DNA of 64,000 bases. Origin: Synergistales bacterium. GTDB lineage: Bacteria > Synergistota > Synergistia > Synergistales > JAFGMB01. The stretch lies in NCBI GenBank assembly GCA_963666205.1, contig OY762654.1:2884784-2948783 (forward strand). The letters run 5' to 3'. Below, in pieces: positions 12,516 to 22,115 of the stretch. Both the position numbers and the translations under genes were made by a program. The first letter of the stretch is position 1, and each line of letters begins with the position of its first letter. Under the pieces are notes generated by a model that did not search any database, had not been told where the DNA came from, and saw only the letters and a list, made by a program, of their open reading frames with translations.

Positions 12516-13466
12516 ATGTGGAATAACAGGGTAACCAGACTTCTTAATATAGAATATCCTTTGATTCAGGGAGGAATGGCATGGGTTGCTGATGCAATTC
12601 TAGCTGCTGCTGTAAGTAATGCAGGTGGTCTCGGAATTGTTGCTGCTGCTAATATGCCCCCGGAACTTCTTGATCTGCAACTGAAAAAAGTTAAGGAACT
12701 GACAGATAAACCCTTTGGTGTAAATATAATGCTTCTTTCTTCGACTGCTGATGATGCCATCGAACTGGCTTATCAACATAAAGTACCTGTAGTGACTACA
12801 GGGGCAGGAACACCAGGCAAGGTGATAGAAAGACTTAAACCAATCGGTACAACCGTAATACCTGTTGTGGCTTCTGTTGCCCTTGCTAAAAGAGCCCAAA
12901 AACAGGGAGCCGATGCTGTAGTTGCAGAAGGAACTGAAGCAGGTGGACATGTAGGAGAACTTACAACTATGGTCCTTGTTCCACAAATTGCAGATTCAGT
13001 GGATATACCTGTATTTGCCGCAGGTGGTATTGCAGATGGAAGAAGCCTTGTAGCTGCTTTTGCCCTAGGGGCAGAGGGAGTACAGATAGGCACCAGGCTG
13101 GCTTGTTGCTCCGAATCCAATATACATGAATCCTATAAACAGTCGATAGTATTGGCAAAAGACAGGAGTACTGTCGTTACGGGAAGATATACAGGACATC
13201 CTGTCAGATGTATCAGAAATAAACTAACTTCTGAACTTGAAAGAATGGAACGGGATAACGTTCCTGTCGAAGAATTTGAAAAACTTGGTAGTGGAAAACT
13301 ACGGGCTGCTGTTGTAGATGGTAACGTCATATGGGGTTCAATTATGGCTGGTCAATGTGCTGCCCTTGTAAAAGCTGTTCAGCCTGCTTCGGATATTATT
13401 AAGGAAATGTTCAATGAGGCAGATGCAGTAATCAATGAACTCTCTCGCATGTTTAGACATGTTTAG
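12516..13466 (+). CDS. fabK: Enoyl-ACP reductase II (FMN)
   Basis: PLIQGGMAWV, EAGGHVG, AAGGIADG; within the fab operon. Confidence 0.9.
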   Translation: MWNNRVTRLLNIEYPLIQGGMAWVADAILAAAVSNAGGLGIVAAANMPPELLDLQLKKVKELTDKPFGVNIMLLSSTADDAIELAYQHKVPVVTTGAGTPGKVIERLKPIGTTVIPVVASVALAKRAQKQGADAVVAEGTEAGGHVGELTTMVLVPQIADSVDIPVFAAGGIADGRSLVAAFALGAEGVQIGTRLACCSESNIHESYKQSIVLAKDRSTVVTGRYTGHPVRCIRNKLTSELERMERDNVPVEEFEKLGSGKLRAAVVDGNVIWGSIMAGQCAALVKAVQPASDIIKEMFNEADAVINELSRMFRHV

Positions 13467-13497
13467 AACTGTAAAATCTGGATCTGAGGTGAAAGAA

Positions 13498-14451
13498 TTG
13501 ACCTATGCAGTAGTCTTTCCCGGACAGGGAGCTCAGGAAGTAGGAATGGGCAAGACCCTCTATAATAATTTCGATGCTGCAAAGTCTGTTTTTGATTGTG
13601 CTGACGAAGCTCTTGGTTTTAAACTCAGCGATATTATTTTTGAAGGTCCGGAATCTGAATTACAGAAAACAGCCTATACTCAACCAGCCATCCTTACCAT
13701 GAGCATTGCTGTTTTGAGAACACTGACCATCAATATGGGTCTGAAGATAACTCCTGATTATATGGCAGGTCATAGCCTTGGCGAATATACTGCTCTTGTT
13801 GCCTCAGGTGCTCTTTCTCTTGAAGAAGGGGTCAGGCTTGTCCATTTAAGGGGAGAATTGATGCAGGAAGCTGTTCCCCTTGGAGAAGGTACAATGGCAG
13901 CCATATTGGGTCTTCCTTCTGAAGAAGTTATTTCCTTGTGCAATGAAGCATCCGGTAGTAAAGTCTGCCAGGCTGCGAATTTTAATTCTCCAGGTCAGAC
14001 AGTAATATCGGGACACAGGGAGGCTGTGGAAAAAGCCCTTACCATTGCAAAACAGAGGGGTGCCAAACTTGCCGTTATGCTGAAGGTAAGTGCTCCCTTT
14101 CATAGTCAGTTGTTAAAGTCGGTAGCTCCCAAACTCAGAGAAGCAGCAGGAAAATGTGCCTTGTCAAGGCCAGCCTGTCCAATCGTAGCCAATTTTTCTG
14201 CCAAAGCTGTACTGGATCGGGAGGAAATAATTCACGCATTGGCCGAGCAGACATATATGCCTGTTCTATGGTCGGATTCGATTTTTTATATGCGTGAAAA
14301 TGGTATAAAATCCTTTCTGGAGATAGGTCCAGGAAAAGTCCTTTCCGGACTGATAAAGAAAACAATAAAGGGTTCAAGAGTCCTGTCAGTTTCAGATACT
14401 GAATCCCTTGATTCTGTGTCTGATTTTTTAAAGGAGAGTGATCAGATTTGA
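13498..14451 (+). CDS. fabD: Malonyl-CoA:ACP transacylase
   Basis: FPGQGAQ, GHSLGEY, VSAPFHS, EIGPGKVL; TTG start behind GAGGTG. Confidence 0.95.
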   Translation: MTYAVVFPGQGAQEVGMGKTLYNNFDAAKSVFDCADEALGFKLSDIIFEGPESELQKTAYTQPAILTMSIAVLRTLTINMGLKITPDYMAGHSLGEYTALVASGALSLEEGVRLVHLRGELMQEAVPLGEGTMAAILGLPSEEVISLCNEASGSKVCQAANFNSPGQTVISGHREAVEKALTIAKQRGAKLAVMLKVSAPFHSQLLKSVAPKLREAAGKCALSRPACPIVANFSAKAVLDREEIIHALAEQTYMPVLWSDSIFYMRENGIKSFLEIGPGKVLSGLIKKTIKGSRVLSVSDTESLDSVSDFLKESDQI

Positions 14452-15194
14452 ATTCAAGGAGGAAGATCGCCCTTGTAACCGGATCAGGCAGAGGCATCGG
14501 ACGTGCTATAGCAATGGAACTTGCATTAAAAGGATATGGAGTAGCAGTGAACTACGCAAGAAGTGAAGCTCCGGCAATGGCATTATGCGAACAGATAGCG
14601 ATTCTCGGAGTACCTTCCATGCCTATACATGCAGATGTATCTGATCATGACTCAGTGAAGAAAATGTTCTCTGCTGTAAGGGATGAATTGGGTTCTGTGG
14701 ATATTCTTGTAAACAATGCCGGTATCACCAGGGATAGTCTTTTAATGAGGATGAAGGATGAAGACTGGGGTTCTGTGCTGGCTTCAAATCTCTCTTCCGC
14801 TTTTTACTGTTCCAAAGAAGCCATAAGACCTATGATGAAAGAGAAGTGGGGGAGGATAATTAATATATCGTCCGTTGTTGCTCTTACAGGTAATCCTGGA
14901 CAGGCTAATTATGTTGCTTCAAAAGCCGGGATCATTGGTTTAACAAAGACTCTGGCACGGGAATATGGATCAAAGGGAATAACAGTCAATGCTGTAGCTC
15001 CCGGTTTTATTGAAACTGATATGACCAGTATATTGAGTGATTCTGCCAGAGATGCAATGTTGCGTCAGATACCCCTGGAAAGGGCTGGTTTGCCCGTAGA
15101 TGTCGCTAAGCTGGTTGCTTTTCTTGCCTCTGAAGAGGCTGGTTATATATCTGGACAAGTTATTGCCGTAGACGGCGGAATGACTACGTGTTAA
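14448..15194 (+). CDS. fabG: 3-oxoacyl-ACP reductase
   Basis: [30 protein letters not shown]. Confidence 0.96.
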   Translation: MNSRRKIALVTGSGRGIGRAIAMELALKGYGVAVNYARSEAPAMALCEQIAILGVPSMPIHADVSDHDSVKKMFSAVRDELGSVDILVNNAGITRDSLLMRMKDEDWGSVLASNLSSAFYCSKEAIRPMMKEKWGRIINISSVVALTGNPGQANYVASKAGIIGLTKTLAREYGSKGITVNAVAPGFIETDMTSILSDSARDAMLRQIPLERAGLPVDVAKLVAFLASEEAGYISGQVIAVDGGMTTC

Positions 15195-15219
15195 TAATTA
15201 CGGAGGGAGGTGAAGGAGA

Positions 15220-15471
15220 ATGAAAAAGGAAGAGCTTCTTGGAAGACTGAAAGAAATTATAATAGACAGGTTGGATGCTGAAGAGGATCAGATAGTTCCT
15301 GATGCCTCTTTTGTTGAGGATCTTGGTGCCGATTCCCTGGATATAGTTGAACTTATCATGGGTATCGAGGAGGAATTTGATATTGAAATACCCGACGAAG
15401 ATGCTGAAAAGCTTACAACCGTCGGAGAGGCTATGAATTACACATTCAACAAGCTTAATGTAGAGGAATAA
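15220..15471 (+). CDS. acpP: Acyl carrier protein
   Basis: [12 protein letters not shown] phosphopantetheine site. Confidence 0.97.
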   Translation: MKKEELLGRLKEIIIDRLDAEEDQIVPDASFVEDLGADSLDIVELIMGIEEEFDIEIPDEDAEKLTTVGEAMNYTFNKLNVEE

Positions 15472-15584
15472 TTAGAAATATCCTAAATTATGTGGTTTGA
15501 ATTCATGGGGGAGGCGGATTCTTCTCAGCCGCCATCCCCCTTAAGTAACTATTCTGGAGATAGGGTAAATACCCTTTTAGAGGA

Positions 15585-16832
15585 GTGACAAACTTGAGAA
15601 GAGTGGTCCTTACAGGTCTTGGAGTTGTAAGTCCAATAGGAAACGGCAAAGAAAATTACTGGCATGCTTTAAAAAATGGGGTAAATGGAGTTGCACCCAT
15701 TGCTCAGTTTGACGTAGAAGGATATCCAGTAACCTTTGGAGCAGAAGTGAAAGATTTCGACCCAACGATGTGGCTCGATAAAAAAGAGGCAAGACGATCC
15801 GACAAGGTTATACATTTTTCTGTAGCTGCTTCTTCAATGGCTGTTGATGACGCAGCCCTGGATGTAGAAAAACTGGATTCTTATAGATTTGGAGTTTACA
15901 TCGGAACAGGTCAGGGTGGAATAGAAACGAGTTACAATAATTTCCATACTCTTATGGAAAAAGGTCCTACAAGAGTGAGCCCGTTTTTTATTCCCATGAT
16001 GATAAGTAATATGTCTGCAGCATATGTTGCAATAAAACATCAGGCTAAGGGGCCATGTATGTGCATCGTTACTGCCTGTGCTACGGCAACAGATACCATC
16101 GGTCAAGCCTATCATACCATTGTGAGAGATGATGCTGACGTTATATTGGCTGGTGGTTCAGAGGCGGCCTTAAGATCCATAGGTATTGCCGGTTTCGCTG
16201 CTATGAAAGCTCTTTCCACCAGGAACGATGAACCTCACAGGGCATCCCGACCCTTTGATAAGGACAGGGATGGTTTTATTATGGGAGAAGGCGCAGGTGT
16301 CCTTGTCCTGGAAGAACTCGAACATGCACTGGCAAGAGGTGCCCATATCTATGCGGAGATAGTTGGATATGGATGCACCTGTGATGCAAGCCATATAACA
16401 GCTCCTGACCCCGGAGGAGAAGGCGCGGTAAGGGCTATCAGGCAATCCATGATCAAGGCCAATTGGAGGCCTGAAGATGTTGATTTAATTAATGCGCATG
16501 GAACATCTACTCCTCTTAATGACAAGATGGAATCTACTGCTATAAGGACTGTATTCGGAGAACATACAGATTCTTTGCTTATTAATTCCACGAAATCAAT
16601 GATAGGACATTGTCTCGGAGCTGCAGGAGCCCTGGAGACTATAGCCGCAATACAGTCGATAGAGGAAAGTTTTGTCCATCCTACCATTAATTATGAAAAT
16701 CCGGATCCTGATTGCAATATTCCAATTGTTGGGCAACATGGTGTAAACCAAGCTGTTTCACGTGTCCTGATTAACAGTTTTGGCTTTGGTGGCCATAATG
16801 GAGTACTTGCAATCCAGAAATATGAGGGATAA
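15585..16832 (+). CDS. fabF: 3-oxoacyl-ACP synthase II
   Basis: TACAT, NAHGTST, KSMIGHCLGAAG, NSFGFGG. Confidence 0.96.
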   Translation: MTNLRRVVLTGLGVVSPIGNGKENYWHALKNGVNGVAPIAQFDVEGYPVTFGAEVKDFDPTMWLDKKEARRSDKVIHFSVAASSMAVDDAALDVEKLDSYRFGVYIGTGQGGIETSYNNFHTLMEKGPTRVSPFFIPMMISNMSAAYVAIKHQAKGPCMCIVTACATATDTIGQAYHTIVRDDADVILAGGSEAALRSIGIAGFAAMKALSTRNDEPHRASRPFDKDRDGFIMGEGAGVLVLEELEHALARGAHIYAEIVGYGCTCDASHITAPDPGGEGAVRAIRQSMIKANWRPEDVDLINAHGTSTPLNDKMESTAIRTVFGEHTDSLLINSTKSMIGHCLGAAGALETIAAIQSIEESFVHPTINYENPDPDCNIPIVGQHGVNQAVSRVLINSFGFGGHNGVLAIQKYEG

Positions 16833-16837
16833 TACTC

Positions 16838-17557
16838 TTGCAGCAGAAAAAAATCGTTTGGTGGAATAAAGCCCTTTCACAATTTCAAAATAAAACAGGT
16901 TATTTCTTTAAAGATCTGTATTTGCTTGAACAGGCCCTGACTCACTCTTCCTATGCCCATGAGTCGGGGCTTTCTTCTTGTAATGAAAGGCTCGAGTTCC
17001 TGGGAGATTCAGTTCTAGAGCTTTGTGTTTCCCAGTTTCTTTATGAGTCATATCCTTTATCAGATGAAGGCAATCTTACAAGACTAAGATCTAATCTTGT
17101 CTGCAAATCGGCCCTTTCGAAATGGTCTTTGGAATTGGGGATTCCTGAATTACTGCGCTTGGGTAAAGGTCTTGCTCGAATAAGGAATAAAGATCCAGAG
17201 TCAAGAGTGATCAGGTCTCTAAGCGCGGATTCTCTTGAAGCCTTTCTAGGGGCTCTTTTCCTGGATGGTGGATATCCAGCTGCCTTTCCTTTGATAAAGA
17301 CATACATTTCTGATAGTTACAAGATACCTGATTCTGAAGTCTTTATTGATCCAAAATCCAGACTTCAGTTTTTAACCCAGGAAAGAGGTTGGGGAAAGCC
17401 TTCATACAGACTTGTAAATGTCAGCGGCGAAGATCACATGCCCTATTTCGAGATTCTAGTCAAGGTTGGAGATAATATAATAGGTACAGGAAAAGGACCT
17501 TCGAGAAAATCAGCAGAATTCAGGGCTGCTTCTGAAGGATTGAAACATCTTTTATAA
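16838..17557 (+). CDS. rnc: Ribonuclease III
   Basis: NERLEFLGDSVL signature; dsRBD DPKSRLQ...GKGPSRKSAE. Confidence 0.95.
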   Translation: MQQKKIVWWNKALSQFQNKTGYFFKDLYLLEQALTHSSYAHESGLSSCNERLEFLGDSVLELCVSQFLYESYPLSDEGNLTRLRSNLVCKSALSKWSLELGIPELLRLGKGLARIRNKDPESRVIRSLSADSLEAFLGALFLDGGYPAAFPLIKTYISDSYKIPDSEVFIDPKSRLQFLTQERGWGKPSYRLVNVSGEDHMPYFEILVKVGDNIIGTGKGPSRKSAEFRAASEGLKHLL

Positions 17558-17560
17558 ACA

Positions 17561-17598
17561 TGCAACCGGTTGCAACATAATTTGCCAATTGTTATAAT
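17561..17598 (+). promoter_or_regulatory. pyr operon promoter with overlapping LacI-type palindrome
   Basis: TTGCAA-17 bp-TATAAT with extended -10 TG; perfect palindrome TGCAACCGGTTGCA (17561-17574) overlaps the -35. Confidence 0.7.
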
Positions 17599-17708
17599 CC
17601 CCCTGGATTCATAAATTCGATGGACGTAAAAATATTTCAGATTCTTTGCAATAGTTAATCCGCACATGACCATATACTCGGGATATGATCTGTTTTTCAG
17701 GAGGTGAA

Positions 17709-18257
17709 ATGTTGAACTTCAACGAAAAAGCTCTTATTATGACTGCTGATGATATGGCCAGAATATTACGCAGGATAGCAATTGAAATAATAGAAAGAAA
17801 CAGAGGCTTGACTGGTATTGTTCTTCTCGGTATCCAACGCAGGGGAGTCCATCTAGCCAACAGATTGAAAAAGATATTTTCTGAAATGGAAAATATCAAA
17901 ATTCCTACAGGTGAACTTGATATAACCCTTTATCGGGATGATATTACCATGTTGAGCGAACAACCTGTCGTTCACAGCACATCTATACCTGTTGATATAG
18001 CGGGGAGAAAGCTGATTCTGGTTGATGATGTCATCTATACTGGACGAACTGTCAGAGCGGCTCTGGATGCTTTAATGGATCTTGGAAGACCTGAAAGTGT
18101 CCAACTTGTCGCTTTAACGGATAGAGGACACAGGGAACTGCCTATTCAACCGGACTACATAGGGAAAAAAATTCCAACTTCAAATGAAGAAATTATTCAG
18201 GTTATGGTGCTTGAACTTGATGGACAAGATAAAGTTCTTATTGTTGAAGGGCAATAG
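17709..18257 (+). CDS. pyrR: PyrR / uracil phosphoribosyltransferase
   Basis: GELDITLYRDD, LVDDVIYTGRTVRAA, DRGHRELP; GGAGGTG RBS. Confidence 0.94.
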   Translation: MLNFNEKALIMTADDMARILRRIAIEIIERNRGLTGIVLLGIQRRGVHLANRLKKIFSEMENIKIPTGELDITLYRDDITMLSEQPVVHSTSIPVDIAGRKLILVDDVIYTGRTVRAALDALMDLGRPESVQLVALTDRGHRELPIQPDYIGKKIPTSNEEIIQVMVLELDGQDKVLIVEGQ

Positions 18258-18293
18258 CGGACTTATATCTTATTTTGAAGGGAGAGAAACAAT

Positions 18294-19016
18294 TTGGCTG
18301 GAAAAGATTTACCCCTGATCCTGGCATTAGATACATCGAATATATCTGAAGCTGAGAATATTCTTGATGAAATAGGCGAAAATCTTAAATTTATCAAAAT
18401 TGGGCACCGACTTTTTGCTCAGGGTGGGAGTTCGTTTATTACCTCAACAATAAAAAAAGGTTTTGAAGTCTTTCTTGATCTTAAACTTCATGATATTCCC
18501 AATACTGTTAAAATTGCTCTTGAAGAATATCTGGATCTCGGGATATGGGCAATTACGTTACACACTGCAGGAGGGCAGCAAATGCTCGAATACGCAGTGG
18601 AAGTAAAGAAAAAACTTGGTTCTTGTACCAATATACTTGGAGTTACAGTTCTCACAAGTCATGATGAACAGTCCTGGGAAGGCGTAAATCCTGGATGTGG
18701 TATGAATGATGCTTTGATAGCAAGATCGAAAGCATGCAAGAATGCAGGCCTTGATGGACTTGTATGTTCCCCGGTCGATCTCCCTGTAATCATGAACTTT
18801 GCAGGAGCGGGACTGATGAAGGTAGTACCGGGAATCCGTTTGAATGCAGATATGGATGACCAGAAAAGGATAAATTCCCCCATTGATGCTATCAGGGGAG
18901 GAGCAGATTACATAGTTGTAGGAAGACCGATCCTTTCAGCTCCGGACAAAAGGGAAGCGGTCAAGATGATCGCAGATCAGATTCAGGAGGGACTTTTATG
19001 GAAAAACAGGCTTTAA
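18294..19016 (+). CDS. pyrF: Orotidine-5'-phosphate decarboxylase
   Basis: FLDLKLHDIPNTV, VTVLTS, VPGIR, VVGRPI. Confidence 0.95.
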   Translation: MAGKDLPLILALDTSNISEAENILDEIGENLKFIKIGHRLFAQGGSSFITSTIKKGFEVFLDLKLHDIPNTVKIALEEYLDLGIWAITLHTAGGQQMLEYAVEVKKKLGSCTNILGVTVLTSHDEQSWEGVNPGCGMNDALIARSKACKNAGLDGLVCSPVDLPVIMNFAGAGLMKVVPGIRLNADMDDQKRINSPIDAIRGGADYIVVGRPILSAPDKREAVKMIADQIQEGLLWKNRL

Positions 19017-19582
19017 ACGAAAAGCTGAAGGGCATGATGGTTAAAAGCGGGGCTTTACTGGAGGGTCATTTTCTTCTTTCTTCTGGCCTTCACAGTGGTA
19101 ATTACCTGCAGTGTGCCCTTATGCTAAGATTTCCTGAATATGCAGAATTCTGTGGAATAGCCCTTGGGAATAAACTTGCTGATCTAAAGCCTGATTTTAT
19201 TGTAGCTCCGGCAATGGGAGGTCTTATTATCGGTCATGAGGTTGCGCGATACCTCAAAATTCCCTTTCTTTTCTGTGAGCGGGAAGAAGGAGAAATGAAG
19301 TTGAGAAGATTTCCCTTTCCGTACGGTAAAAAAGCTGTGGTAATCGAAGACGTTATCACAACAGGCGGTTCAGCTAATGAAGTTGGTATACTGATGGAGG
19401 TAAATAAAGTCGAATGGGTATCCACTGCGTGTATTGTGAACAGAAGCAGTGGGAGAAATGTATTGCCTTCACATCCAGTTTCTCTGATGGATGTTTCATT
19501 CCCGACATACCAGCCATCAGAATGTCCCTATTGCCAAAAGGGGCTGGACCTGGTCAAACCAGGAAGCAGAAAAAAACCCTGA
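18998..19582 (+). CDS. pyrE: Orotate phosphoribosyltransferase
   Basis: GHFLLSSGLHS, IEDVITTGGS, KPGSR. Confidence 0.94.
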   Translation: MEKQALNEKLKGMMVKSGALLEGHFLLSSGLHSGNYLQCALMLRFPEYAEFCGIALGNKLADLKPDFIVAPAMGGLIIGHEVARYLKIPFLFCEREEGEMKLRRFPFPYGKKAVVIEDVITTGGSANEVGILMEVNKVEWVSTACIVNRSSGRNVLPSHPVSLMDVSFPTYQPSECPYCQKGLDLVKPGSRKKP

Positions 19583-19656
19583 TCTTTACGAGGTCCATCC
19601 AATTGTCTTTGAAAAAGGGCTTTATTCTTTTTCTTTCAAGAAAATGCAGGGAAAAA

Positions 19657-20565
19657 GTGTGCGAAATTATCCTTGGTATACTCTTTCTTTACATGGTTCT
19701 TGGAATTAATCCGAACCCTTGTTATCCTTCCGGGTTGGATATCTGGTGTACATCTCCGTGGATATCATTAATGGCTGATTTTATTGGCGGAATACATATC
19801 TCTGTCCATTCGATAGAGAACTGGGATGAAACTGGAGAAAAGGTCAATCTTCGGATGGTTGCAAATGAAGAGATTCCTCAGGATGCTATGATATTGGCAT
19901 TAGATCGTGTTCAGGCGGAAAAACTTGGTATATCCAACGATAATTTCCCGAATCTTAAAACCCTTTATACCCGGATCCCTGTCAGGTCAGAAATGTTACG
20001 ATCCCTGTATTATGACCCTTCAACTCTGCCTTTTCTTGCTCAAAGAGTAATGAATGTGCTATCAGGTTATGATCCAGTTCATTATTCCTATTTTCAAAGA
20101 CGACTTGCTGAATTTCAAACAAGACTCGACAGTACAGTTCTTGTAGGCAGAAAGCTTCTTATGGGTACCGATGTGATTTCTATCGGGATGGATGTTTCAC
20201 AGCTTATGGTAGCTGCAGGTTGTAATATACAACCCTTACCGGCCGATCTTATCCCTCCGCCTCCCCTTGAAAGTAAGGATAAAAAGAAAAATAAACAACA
20301 ATCAGATGATTTTAATCAAGCAATGGATAAGCTTATAAGCTATCTTCAGGAAGAGAGGCAAAAGGGTTCTATTACAGTTATGGATCCATGGACGCCACTA
20401 TATCTGAGGGAAAGACTTCTGGAAATCAAGACTGTGATAATGTTGCCGCGACCTTCTCTTGAAGCAGAATACATTCTATTTCTTAATGATCATTACCTGG
20501 CTTTATGGAATGGACTTCGCCTTCTGAATAATTCAAATGAGGGAAACGCTCAAAAGATAAGCTGA
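19657..20565 (+). CDS. Hypothetical exported protein, weak ZnuA/TroA-like solute-binding fold (start uncertain)
   Basis: Long ORF co-directional with the pyr genes; hydrophobic N-terminus; YYDP...LSGYDPVHYSYFQRRLAEF helix pattern. Confidence 0.6.
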   Translation: MCEIILGILFLYMVLGINPNPCYPSGLDIWCTSPWISLMADFIGGIHISVHSIENWDETGEKVNLRMVANEEIPQDAMILALDRVQAEKLGISNDNFPNLKTLYTRIPVRSEMLRSLYYDPSTLPFLAQRVMNVLSGYDPVHYSYFQRRLAEFQTRLDSTVLVGRKLLMGTDVISIGMDVSQLMVAAGCNIQPLPADLIPPPPLESKDKKKNKQQSDDFNQAMDKLISYLQEERQKGSITVMDPWTPLYLRERLLEIKTVIMLPRPSLEAEYILFLNDHYLALWNGLRLLNNSNEGNAQKIS

Positions 20566-20926
20566 GAGCACAATTTCCATTGTGCAGAATGTTGTATTTC
20601 TAGCGGCAACGTATTAAATAAATACTGACAATTCTGGACCTTTCATTATTCCGGTGCTGGACGCCATGTTTTAGAGACCTATTATCCATGGAAAAACCAG
20701 ACTGGGAGAACAGATATGCTATCTTTAGCATGCCGGTAACAAATAAATGCTAATGCATAGATACAAAGAACTGTTGTTAGTAGTTCCTTTTTCTGAAATC
20801 TTTCAGCAATTTCTTCCCGATAGAAGGATGGCACCAGTCCGGGAAAAAAGAGAAGATCCCCAGGATAAGCCAGGCATTGGCCCTCCGGTTCTGAGTCTGC
20901 TGTCTTTTATCATTACCTGAATACAT

Positions 20927-20956
20927 AAAAAACCCGTTGTCCAAAGACAACGGGTT
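20927..20956 (-). terminator. Intrinsic terminator downstream of selD
   Basis: AACCCGTTGTC-caaa-GACAACGGGTT with a U-tract on the minus strand. Confidence 0.8.
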
Positions 20957-20999
20957 GCAATTTCTGATAAAGTTAATTAATAGATTGACTTTGACGATA

Positions 21000-22046
21000 T
21001 CAGATACTATCAACCAACCTTATGAGACCTTTCCCTTTCGTAAAAATTCCTATTTTAGCTGATCGTTCGAATCCCGCCAGAAGGAGTCCTTCGAGGATCT
21101 TATGGAATCTATCTTCCGGTACAGCGAGAAGCAGTCCTCCGGAGGTCTGGGCATCAAAAATCATGTCGACAAGGGTTTCAGGATGGTTTTCCTTGTTAAT
21201 TACCTTATCCTCGTATTGTATTCTGTTGTTATATGTTCCTGCAGGAAGAAGTCCCATCTCTGCCAGTTCAACAGCACCAGGGAGAAGCGGTATGTTATTG
21301 ATATCAATAAGGAGATCCAATCCCCCCAAAGAAAGCATGTCAAGAGCATGACCTGCTAGTCCGAAGCCAGTGACATCAGTACATGCTGAAACAGCTGAGA
21401 GGAGTCTGTCTTCAAGGAGAACGGGGACATTATTGAGGGTTGACATCCAACGGATCGATTCTTCCGGCCCCCTGGGATCCTCCACCATGTCAGCCTTGAT
21501 AGCGGTCGATATTACTCCTGTACCGATGGGTTTTGTAAGTATAAGCACGTCACCCGGTTGTGCGCCTGTTACCTGCCACATATGGTTTCTCTGGACTTCT
21601 CCGAAAACTGCAAGACCGTATTTGGGTTCTTCGTCTTCAACACTATGGCCACCCATAAGAAATCCTCCAGCTTCTGAGACCTTCCTATGTCCTCCCTGAA
21701 GGATATTTTCAAGGACGGAAAGTTCGAGGGTCTTAACTGGAAAAGCCACAATGTTAAGAGCTATCATTGGTTTTCCGCCCATTGCAAAGACATCACTCAA
21801 AGCATTCGCAGCGGCTATTTCCCCCCATTTTCCTGGATCATCAACTATTGGTGTTACAAAATCAAGGGTTAATATTCCGACACGGTTCTCATCTATCAAC
21901 CACATGGCGGCATCTTCTCCGGATGCCCATGAACTGAGAAGCCTTCTATCCACAGGTTTAGGTAAGTGCTGTAAAACCTTTTCCAGGTCCGCCGGACCTA
22001 TTTTTGCTGCTCAGCCACTTGTCTTGGCCATTTCAGTTAAACGCAT
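21000..22046 (-). CDS. selD: Selenide, water dikinase (selenoprotein, Sec at codon 12)
   Basis: GGAGG RBS, then MRLTEMAKTSG-TGA-AAKIGPADL in frame with EDAA, LDFVTP, ALSDVFAMGG, GGHS, DVTGFGLAGH, DAQTSGGLL. Confidence 0.95.
21985..21999 (-). promoter_or_regulatory. Bacterial SECIS hairpin of selD
   Basis: AGGUCC-GGC-GGACCU stem-loop starting 11 nt 3' of the in-frame UGA (22011-22013). Confidence 0.75.
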
Positions 22047-22115
22047 GGTCAAAGCCTCCAATCCATGTACAAATTATCATAAGGATTATAACAGAAAGTG
22101 AAGGTTTAGTATTTG

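Noticed and set aside
20668-20676. GTTTTAGAG resembling the start of a type II CRISPR repeat
   Set aside because: Single occurrence; no repeat-spacer periodicity and no cas genes
21000-22046. selD as a nonsense pseudogene
   Set aside because: The TGA falls at the catalytic Cys/Sec position and is followed by a SECIS-like hairpin
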